From Marsupella aquatica (Eukaryota; Plantae; Marchantiophyta), in NCBI GenBank assembly GCA_973895155.1, contig OZ316897.1:10501832-10565831 (forward strand): a DNA stretch of 64,000 bases, written 5' to 3'. The position numbers and the translations under genes were made by a program. Each line of letters starts with the position of its first letter. The first letter of the stretch is position 1. Below are positions 38,776 through 49,502 of this stretch, in pieces. Under the pieces are notes generated by a model. It ran no database searches. It saw only the letters and a list, made by a program, of their open reading frames with translations, and was not told the origin of the DNA.

Positions 38776-38975
38776 CGCCTGCAAGGATTGAGTTCTTTAT
38801 TACCTGCCCCCGATTCACTTTGTTGCCTGCCAAGACTTTAGAAATAAAGAACCATAACTGGTACTCTTCCAAATCCGCCTGCAAGGATTGAGTTCTTTAT
38901 TACCTGCCCCCGATTCACTTTGTTGCCTGCCAAGACTTCAAAAATAAGGTACCATAACTGGTACTCTTCCAAACC
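38776..38975. repeat. 100-bp near-perfect tandem duplication
   Basis: CGCCTGCAAGGATTGAGTTCTTTATTACCTGCCCCCGATTCAC... starts at 38776 and again at 38876. Confidence 0.9.
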
Positions 38976-41900
38976 CCGGTGACACTGTTGATCTTCCCTG
39001 CACTTCGCCACCATCTCGGGGAGCTACAATCAGGCAATCCACAGAATTTAGGTCGCTGTGGTGCCCATATTCTTGAGACTTGAAGTGCTGCAGAAGGACC
39101 CAAAGATCCGGGACCATCCCAAACCAGAGACAATTGGAACGCTGCCCAAACGATCGATTACAAAAGCAGATTAGAATGGAAGGGCTAAATCCGAGGAGCT
39201 AACCTTCCCGAGTGCGATTGGGTAGACGTAATAACCCTGGTAACAAGGGTTCTGTCCTGACAGCTGAGCAAATGAACTCCGAACTATTGCAAGTTTTGCG
39301 AGTCCCATTGTATGTGGTTGAAGTGTTATCAGCTGAGTCACCACAGGTCTTCTCAAGATTCAGGTTCATCTTATCTTGTGGTACTTTTGCTTAGGACCTT
39401 CTAAACGTCCCTGACACATGACCAATTTTGTTGGCCTGGATGTTTTCTCTGGGCTATTAAGACCACCCACAATTTCTGTATCAGCAAAATAGGATCAAAG
39501 GATGCGATCAAGGATACATGAATTCTTGGACGACAGCAATTCTATAACGACTTGTGAATAGCGGAAGTGCGGAACCCTGAATGGTTGACTGAATCGAAAC
39601 CATTGAGAGAATACCAATCTGCCTCTCTATTGGAGTGCCTGCCTAATTCTTCCATCTCTACGATAGTACTGAACTCTGCTTGTTGTATTATTCGGGATGA
39701 CGGAAATGTTGGAAATCACTGTTACAGAGAAATGTGAAGCTTTTCTGGAAGGAAACGCATCCGAGGGAACCTCTTCTTTCTGGAAATCGAATCACATCCA
39801 GGAATGTACAGCTAAGCTGAAGATTCTTGCTTATAATGATTTCTTTCCTTAGTGACAGATTCTGCACATTGGGACAAAGCTTTAGTGATCGAAATCATTG
39901 GGTCTTTAAATACACAGATATCTGTGTGATGATGTTCAATTTGTTATGTTGCCTTCGAGTACCGATTCTGTTTGGAAACCAAACCAAAGTGTTTTTGTTG
40001 TCTCCCCTTGGTTAGGTTGTTCGCTAGTGAGATCGTGACTCCCATTGGGTGCCTTTCCTTTTTTGGCAGTTTGATATGTATAATAATAGTTTGTTTCTAT
40101 TAGCTTTATATTGTTGCTCATGCCCAAACTACAGGGTGTCTTTCACAAAAGTGATAATTTGTTGCTCATGCCTGAAATACTCAGGGCACCAATTTATGGT
40201 TGATTTATAACATTTGATTATCTTTGTGCTCATGAGGAATGGAGCAAATGACCTAGGAAAAGTCTTGAACTTTGTTACTTAATTGATTGACATCAGAGGG
40301 GGCAAACTTTGAGCTTAAAAATAGATCCAAAAGTTGTTAAAAAAATGGACAAGTCTCCAAAACCAGCAGTTTACATTAGTTTGGGGCTCCTGAAAAAACT
40401 ACTCAGTGCTTCCGTAAAGGTGAAACATCCTCATATATGCAGCTAGTCACTTTTTTGGAGGTGTAAACTGGTATTACTTTACAGTCATCAGGAATGGGCA
40501 AGGGCAAGGTGTGGGTCCATCTTAGTAGGCTTCGGTTTCCTTTTGCTGTTTTGACATGCAATAATAAAAGCAGTCCGGGCGGACCAATTGTTAGGGCGCA
40601 CATTTTGGGCAATTGGTAAGAGCCGGGCCAATTAATATGAGCACACATTGTGGGCCAATCGGTAGGAGCAACAAAGAAAGTTGGGTTGTCCTTGGTTCCA
40701 AGAACCTAACGAACGGCGTTCATAGTGATTATGTGCTGGCAGACAATCTTGGCCATCCATGGTACCTTGGTGGTCAAATCGTGACCATATGTCCAAATAT
40801 AGTTAACTTGGGTGGACTGTGGTAAACAATGTGACATTTTAAGGGGGATATTGAAAACACGATCTTCTAGAAGAGTCATGGAATTTGTGCCATTAACACA
40901 AAGATCAAATAAGTGAAATCACCATGTTGGGGAGAGGGTTTATTATGGCTTCCGACCCTTTTGTCAAAGAAAAATACAAACCTAAAGCAATATTCACATG
41001 GAGGGTTTACTTCGTAGCAAATCTCAGTTACTACGAAAGGAGTGACCCTATTCACATATTTACAAAGAAGTTTGGTGCTGACCAACGAGCGAGCATTGTA
41101 CCTATTCGTTTCAGAGCGTCCAGTTTCAACAACTTCTTCTTCGCGCCAGAATTATTCGTTGCTTATAATTCGAAGAATTCACCGACGTTCAATTCAAAGC
41201 TATACTGAAGTATGCATTAGTGGGATGTTGTTAGATGAGCGGTCCAAGGCTCTGTCGATCGAATCAGGGCTACCTATATCTGACTCCTTCTCGCTCACCG
41301 CCGGTCAAGATACTGTCAATCATGAGCCTTACTGGATTTGGTTGAATACATTCATAGATTTTGAAAGATAGCAATGTCAATTCGGAGTGCGAGAAGGATG
41401 GATTATGCAGAGCGGTAGTAAATTGGTGATTCGATCATCAGTGAGTCTTTCAAGAGCTCGATTGATCGATATCTCGAGCTGGAAAGATACATCATTGACG
41501 TACTTTGACCGGTGACTTTAGTACTCAATAGATTAATTGACTACCTCTCGATCTGACCGACGCCGGTCTTCAAATTGGGGTTAACGTTTGTTAGATTGCT
41601 GAGTGTGGCTCTCGAAAGGCTGTCTAGATAGCCGCGTGTTCTTTGCATTTGCGAACTAGCTGGTGCTGGGTAATTGGACCGACCATACGTTGCAATCAGC
41701 CGTCTGCTGCAAGAGCGTTGCCTTCGGATCCAGTCGAGAATTTGGAGGCGATTCACTTCCATGCATCAAAATTGAAGGCCGATTAGTATCGAAGATGCTA
41801 TGAAATTAGGGGATATTGCTTTGACTACTGTGAACGTTCTGGTTACTATTATGTGTACACATATATACGTCTCCGTATGACCGTCTAGCTCAGGAACAAA

Positions 41901-42224
41901 GTCAACAGCAGGAGTTGAATCCACTATGGCAATCATCGCGACAAGCTGCAAAATTCAAGAACTTAGTTCCAGGAAGCCGCACGCATGTCTTCGGAGGAGG
42001 AATGGTTCAAGCATGTCTGATCAGCAAAGACAGAGTGGCTGTGGCCCGGCCATGGTGATCGAGGGAGCGACGAAGGAGCAGTTTCCCTAGTTCATGAATA
42101 CCTACGTGTAATTCAGTTATTTATCGCCAAATTTTAAACTGGCTACTTTCAAGGAGAGATTTTCGAAAGCCCAAGGACCACGATTATATATGGTGTAGCT
42201 CCAGCATGCTCTACGAAGATTTCC

Positions 42225-45200
42225 ATGGACCATATGAACGTCCAAGAGTTGAGCAAGACCAGCATCAGGGCCCTTTTTACTACTCGGTCCAAATCAGCAG
42301 GAGCACTGGGTCCATCTGTCCCGTGCTCCGATGGAATAGTACAACTAGGAGTGGTACTGGTACTTTTTTCCTTTCTGCCTTCTGCGGACAGCTTCTCAAG
42401 CTCGTGTGTGGAGCTCCGCAAAGGTGCTGTTGCAGAGCATACCATCCAGGCCGGAGGACAGAAATTCACCTGCCTTCACGACGGGTCAGCCCCCGGAAAT
42501 CAAAACAGCGATGGTGGTGGCAGTGAAAGCAGCTGGAGCTGCATAGATCTAGAAGCGTCAACGCCCAGGAAGCCGTTCTTTCTGCAATCGGGCTCCCACC
42601 ATGGACCGGACGTGGTGCCGTGTCCATCTTCACTAAATAGAAAGATTAAGGAGCCTGGCCTCAGTGACAAATTGAGAACGAGGAAACATGGACAGGACTG
42701 GGTGTTTGTCGATATAGAAACCAAGTGCGCCAAAGTGCCGCAAAACTTGTCGACAGCGAGCTCCTCAAAATTCACATTGGATCAGCAGAAATTGCCGGTG
42801 GAAGTAGCCTCTTTGCCATACAGATGCAATAGCACACTATCAGCACCAACGACGACAGAGACCTCAGCATCAGCATCTGAAACGAGAGAATCAACCGATT
42901 CGGCGACAGACTCGTTCCATTTTCGCGTAAAATTCACAACTCCAAAAGCTTCATTGCACCAAATTCTGGAAGAACTCGAGGAACACCTCCAGACGGCCAT
43001 TTGCGACGGCGACGGCGCGCAGTTCGAGGCCGGGAGACGACTGACGGTGAGGCGATCGCTCCTAACCAGGGCCTGGAAGCCGGTTATCGTCATAGACTCG
43101 GTCATTGTAATCATCGGGTTCGTACTCGCGGTGTCGGCGTTGTCGTGCTGGGTTAGGCAACAAGGGGTACTTTACAAGTCGGATACCGATATTGCAGTGC
43201 CCGTGATTACGCCGTCGAACCCTCTTGTCAGCCTCGTCCCGGGCAGCGATCAGAGTCGCTCGGGCAGGCGGTCGCCGGTGGAAGAGGGCTCGGGCAGGTG
43301 GGAAACGGCCGAAGCAGAGGGTCGGGTCAGAGAGCCGGACCTAGAAGGCGGGCAGGGCAGGAGGGGCACCGACGAGTATTTATCGTCAGACACGGGCAGA
43401 TGCTCGCACCGCGAAGAGGGGCCGGGCAGGTGGGAAAGGGCAGAAAATGACGGTCGGGCAAGAAAACCGGAAGAGGCAGAAGAAACCCGAACGGGCAAGC
43501 AGCAATGTCCGGGAAGAGGGGCGCCAGGGGGGAGCGAAGGGTCTGGGGTGAACGCCCCCGAGGCAGGGGGCGATACGACGACGGGGCAGACGGCCCGGTA
43601 TCGGGCGGAACCATTTTGCTTGGAGAGCTTGGCGACGGCAACGGGGGACTTCGACGAGAGCAACAAGTTGGGAGCAGGGAGCTTTGGTACCGTGTACCGT
43701 GGAGTATTGCGCGATGGGAGGTGAGTCGCAACTCATGATCGATGAACGAGTTAATTCTTTTGCGTTTGGGTCTTCCTGTCGATTCATTCTTGCCCTGCAG
43801 TTTGCCTATAGGTATGGTTTAGGTTTATTGTCTCTTCAATTTGCCTATAGGAAGGGTTTAGGTTATGGGGTATTCATTTCTTTTCTTTCCAGCCATCACT
43901 GGCTAATAAGTATAAAGTTTTTTTTATTGTATTTAGTGAAATACTTTAAAAAATTTGTTGAAAAACATTAAGGTTATTTTCATTCAATTTTGAAAATTAC
44001 AAAAATCATAAAGTTTTTTTAAATCAGATTGTGAAATATTTAGGGGTAAAAATATTAGTTAAGAAAATTTTATTCCTTAAATTTTAGGGTGTTTATTGCC
44101 CCAAAACTTTGTGCGTGATATGAAGCACCCCTTAGATTGAGGCCCCCAAGGTTTAGGTTTATTTGTCTTTTCTTTTTGGTCTTTTCTTTGTTTACTTTGG
44201 CCTGTGAGGTCAGGTCTCGGAGTTTGGGATCATGTCTCCAGGTTTGGGGTTTCTACTTTTTGGCAGTTTGAAATATATAATATACTAATCTTGACCTCTT
44301 CCTTTGAGAAAGAATCAATGTGAGTCTTGATTTACCATTGCATTCCCCATTTAAACTGCCACTGTCCCAAAAGCAAAAGAGTATGTATCCAGGTTACCCA
44401 AAATTAGTCAATAATGTTCTTGAAAAGCCAGTGTCCACCAGGTTGAGGAATACAAAATAATGCCATTTTTTTTGCTTAGGGGACAGGGGCAGTTCAAGTA
44501 AAAAACCTCACTGTTCCCAGAGCAACACTATTCCCCTAATTAGTCAATAATTTTCTTAAGTAACAAAGAACACTATTCCCAATTTAAAACTGGTGTATGC
44601 AGATTGCCAAAATTAGTGGATAATGTTATTTAATAAAAGTGCACTATTTTGTCATCCCCTAACCTTATGGACATTGGCGATTTAAGCAGACCTATCCCAC
44701 ACCTGTGGCAGCACGCACATTTAGAATATATTAAGAAGGAAACAAGTCACCAAAGTTTATATACGAGGAAAAAAACCAAGTACAATGAAAGGCAAGAAAA
44801 AGTGGTCCAACGAAAACGAGGTCCAACGAGGTCAAGAGCATTATTGACTAATTATGGTAACCAAGCTCTACCAGGTCTTGCTTGGAATATGGATTCCGTG
44901 AGGGGCTGTGTTCCGGACGCTATGAGAAAGTTGAGTGGGGATACTCCAACAGTCCTGACATTTGATCGAACCATGTTGTGTTATTGATGAGGGTCCTATG
45001 ATTTTTAAGCATGCCTGGACAATATAATTGTAGGTCTCATGTTTGAAGACAAGTGTAAAATTTCTGCATGTATTGTCACAATTGTGCAGGGTGGTTGCAA
45101 TCAAACGGGCGGATAGTAATAATAAAATGCTGAAGATGGTGGACAAGCAATGTGCCTTCAAGGCGGAATTGGACGTGATGTCACGACTCCACCACAAACA

Positions 45201-48200
45201 CTTGCTGAACCTGGTGGGCTATTGTGATGATTGCGATGAGATGATGCTGGTGTATGAGTACATGCCCAATGGTACTCTCGCAGACCACCTCCACGACAAG
45301 CGATTCAAGTCTCGATCCCTTTCATCTTGGAAGGCATGTCCCTGACCTCCAAACAAGACCCTTTGAGCTTTTCCGATTCCCTTGTCTATTGCCATTGTAG
45401 TTCAATTGGTAACTAATCAAGCTAAGCAATTTCCTAAAAATCAGTGAGAGAAGTTGTTTCATCGTCTTGTATACAATTTTTGTATACAATTTTGTATCGT
45501 GCAGGTCCGCATAAAAGTGGCACTTCAAGCTGCACGAGGAATTGAGTACCTCCACACTTACGCAGAGCCACCAGTGATTCACAGAGACATCAAGCCATCA
45601 AATCTTCTGTTGGATGCCAAGGGGTCCGTGCGAGTTTCGGACTTCGGGTTATGTCTCATTTTTCCAACAGCGTCACAGGACGAGGAAGAAGATTTGGAAC
45701 TTGTCAATGCCAATGCTGCAGGCACGATGGGATACATGGATCCTGAGTATTACCGCCACCGGCATCTCACCACCAAGAGCGATGTTTACAGTTTTGGGGT
45801 TGTGATCCTTGAGCTTTTGACAGGTATAATTCTGTCTTAGAAATTTTGCGTCGATAGAATTTTATTAGCACAGGTTCACCAGCTCACTCTCCCACCCCAT
45901 ATAATCTTGGTTTACTCTGTCAATCATGGGGCGATAAGGTGTGCATGTTATGTCAGTGGAAGGAGATGTAAAGCCCGGGGTAAAGCCAGTAATGATGGTC
46001 TGGAGATGAAAATGAAGATGAGCTCCTCGGGACATTTTGAATTACAGAGCGTTCGTTTATGTTTGTCAATATTTAACTCTCAGCATACACGAATTGCATC
46101 GCTAATAGGACTGTACCGAGGAACCTTGCCAATTTAATAGGTCTCATAGTTACAGAAGGTCCTGTGCCTCAGAGTTTTGATCATCCCGGGAGGAATTTGT
46201 CTAGGATTTTGACTTTGATGATGCAGAGAAATGGTATTTACATGAAACAAGATCCGCAGATGCCGATTGATGTTTATGAATTTCAGATAGCAAGAGCCTA
46301 ATGGGTAATTATGCAAGCAGGCAAGAGGGCAATCCATGGGCACAACAACTCCCCTGTCAGCGTGGTGGACTATGCCGTGCCTGCCATTGAGGCAGGTGAG
46401 CTCTCAAGGATTGTTGATCCTGGTGTGCGAGTACCCACAGGACATGAGTTTGCAGCAATGAAGGTACGAAAGCCAGTCCGACTATTGGAAGGATTCTAGT
46501 ATATTGTCAGTTTAAATAGCTGAAGCATTGAGACAGTAGACCTCAACTCATGACCTCAATTAAGAATACGAGATCCCATTGATTCTGCCTATTTCCTGAT
46601 ATACTGCTTGCAGCGTTGTCTTTGAGGCAATGCTTAGAAACGACTCAGTCTCGGAAAAGCTCTTTTCATAAAATCACAGTGTCAATTTCCATCGCTACCC
46701 TTCGCCTTTGTGTGATCGATCGAAATGCTCGCGTAAGGTCATCATATATATATCTCCAGAGCCGCAAACAAAAGCAATGTATCCTTGTGGAGACCTCGGT
46801 GGAGACGTACCTGACTGAGTGTGCATTCTTCGAAGCAGGTGATGGCGGCGGTAGGAAGCCAAGCAGTGCGGTTGCGAGGCAGAGACCGGCCTTGCATGAC
46901 CGAGATCGTCCGGCGACTCGAGCAGGCCGTCTCCCTTTGCCGATCTCGTCATGCCCCTCTCCCAGTTTCCAACGCCCAGATTGGATCCTCCACCGACCAA
47001 TCAGATTCCTCCTCTCCGCCCTCTCATCCCTCTGAAGATTGTCCAGTAGGTGCATATCCTTCGGACTCTGCAGCAGCTGCTCTGTTCGACAAGTTCATAG
47101 GATCTGTGGAGGACGAGGAAGCAGTTCAAGGTACCACTGGGACGGACGTTGCTCAGTTGGGATTAGTAGACGTCGCTCTGGATTTACTCCGAGACATTCC
47201 TCGCAACGGTCTAGCACCTCATGATGATGGCCCTTTCGAGCAAGACAAGTCCAACGTCAATCTTGAGCTCTACCGAAGTAAGCATCTGATTATCTATTTG
47301 TCTGTGACTCTGCGCGAAATGTATATTGCATACCATACTTCTTTCAGCGACGTATTCAGAATTTGTAAAAATTTGTTGACACTCTTACACAGATCAGATC
47401 ATAGCCAGGCTCTCTTTATTGGGATCTCGATAATCTGTGAACTGTTGGTTTCAAAGCTATCACAGATAAAGTTTTATTTGAGAAAAATAGGTTCTCATGC
47501 ACGGTATGGTGCTTCGATTCTGCAGATGCTCAGCATGACCTCGTCGACTGGCCATTAGCTAGAGCTGCCGCTTCTGCAGCTGGTTCCAATCCTACTATGG
47601 ACACTGGATCCTCCTCGTCATCTGCTGCCGATGCACAAGCCGCGGTCTATCACATTGGTGGAAAGACTTTGGGACCTGAGCACCCTTCATCGACGTCGAA
47701 GAGGTGGTCGGACCATCAGGAGACACTCCTGCTAGAAGAGCGACGAGAAAGCTGGTGGCGACGGACTCGCCTGAGCAAGAAAATCAAGTTCGGTGCATCA
47801 GAAGTGTCTGATACTTTTCCGAAAGAGGGATCGTCGGATTACTCCTGCAAAGGTTGCCCAATTAATTCGGCATCAATAACGGATGTAAGTTTGGATTATT
47901 GCTCAAGGAAAGTTGACGAAAATCTTTCGCTGGATCAAAGTACCACCGTGACATGGTCGACGGAATTCTCTAACTTCGGTGACTCGGGGTCGGGCTCGGG
48001 GTCGGGCTCGGGGTCGGCGGAGGACGTCGTTCATCCTCCGCCAGTGCCTCCATCTCCAGTACCCCGTCATGGTAGCGGACCTCCTGGAAAGGATCAAGGA
48101 GGCGAGTTCGCGGGGTCGGCGGCGAATTCCGTTGGAGATATTGACATCGAGTCGGTTCTAGTCGAGTATTCGGGCGAGCAAGCGAAATCGATCACTTATG

Positions 48201-48292
48201 CTGGGTTTAGTAATTTTAATGTACTGCACGACCTAGACGAGTTGATGAGGGCCCTTCATTGTACGTCTGTAAGAGCAGAAGGCTGGAGCTAG
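42225..48292 (+). CDS. receptor-like Ser/Thr kinase with CRINKLY4-related (CCR3/CCR4-like) kinase domain, atypical ectodomain and long C-terminal tail, ~1135 aa
   Basis: Exons 42225-43720, 45090-45333, 45505-45823, 46321-46463, 46839-47277, 47526-48292 (3408 nt, phase-consistent; intron 2 is GC-AG). Hydrophobic segment near aa 38-54, TM VIVIDSVIVIIGFVLAVSALSCW, then GAGSFGTVY, VAIK, YLHTYAEPPVIHRDIKPSN, DFG, GTMGYMDPEYY, SVVDYAVPAI. The start codon is uncertain. Confidence 0.85.
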
Positions 48293-49502
48293 AGCTACAG
48301 AAACCTCGACAGAAACGCCAAGAGCTGCAGCAGTATCCGACCGGGTACACAATAAATCCAAGGAAATTCACCAAAACATATTTCCATGTTGTCACCACTA
48401 CAGTAGTGGGCCGACCGACCGACTACAGACGCAATCGCATGCATTGATCTGGACGTTATGAAAACGGCCGAATGCAATAAGTTTGATCGGCACCTTTGTC
48501 TCCGTTGCAACCTCTCAGCGCTAGCTCGTACATACGTTCCCGCTGGGCCTGTACCGCAGGTCTAGCTGGCATTCGCATCTGATGAAGAGCTCCAACGAGG
48601 GAGATTACATCATTCAACCCAACTGAGTATGGATCATATATTTTGTGGATTCCTCAATGTCGAGCTCGTGCCATCAGAACACGGTCGTTCATATCCAATA
48701 CAACTTGACCAGCTCGAGAATTCCGCAATGCGATATGAAAACTTTCAGTACTTGTGGCGCTGGGATCACACAAGCTCGAGACGTAAGTGATTAATAAGTA
48801 GATCTCATCTACATGAAATTGTATTGCTTCAAGATTTGCAAGAATCAATTATATTCTAGAAGCAGCAGCAATCTACTCGACGGCTTCTCCCAATAGGTTC
48901 CATTGCTTAGAGTAACTTCGGGAGTAACTTACAGCACTCATTGGTAGAAGTCACAATATGGACAACTGTTCACCGGACATTTCCCCTCGCCTTTTACATA
49001 GCTTACATCGAAGCCATGGATCCATATTGACGGTGTGGATTATGTTCTTGGTGAATTAGCTCAAAGCGATAATATTGACAGAAGCGGAGCACAGCATCTC
49101 TATGGCTTGCTTGTCCACTGTCCAGTGGTAATAAAGGCATTGCTTTGGGCCTCGTTGCACCTTCCGGTCCCAAATGAATTAATCATATTAGACTCATTGC
49201 ACTCTAATTCTCATGCCACATTTATTTTCATCGAGTGGAGTGTTTGGTGATCAATTGGAGTGTGCCACCTCCAAAGAAGGTCATAGCCTAGTCTACTCAA
49301 ATTCTAAACCCTAAACCCCAATTATGATTCTGCCTAACTGCAGTCTACTCTAATTCTACAATCCAGAAACTCTCTGTTTGAGACATACCATGCTTGTGAC
49401 ATGGGGATCACGCTGGAAGCCTCTCAATTTCTTCGAACGATCATGTATACTGTCGTCCATTCATAGAACATTTGGGTACAAATTGTTCATATAAATCTTA
49501 GC

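Noticed and set aside
38804-38926. Duplicated minus-strand microexon (GCAG|23 nt|GTAAT) inside the 100-bp repeat
   Set aside because: 23 nt is not frame-preserving and I could not build a surrounding gene.
43250-43787. Several long antisense ORFs over RLK exon 1 (similar ones over MATE exons)
   Set aside because: Shadow ORFs of GC-rich coding sequence.
49304-49319. Telomere-like CTAAACCCTAAACCC
   Set aside because: Only about two units; too short to call an interstitial telomeric repeat.
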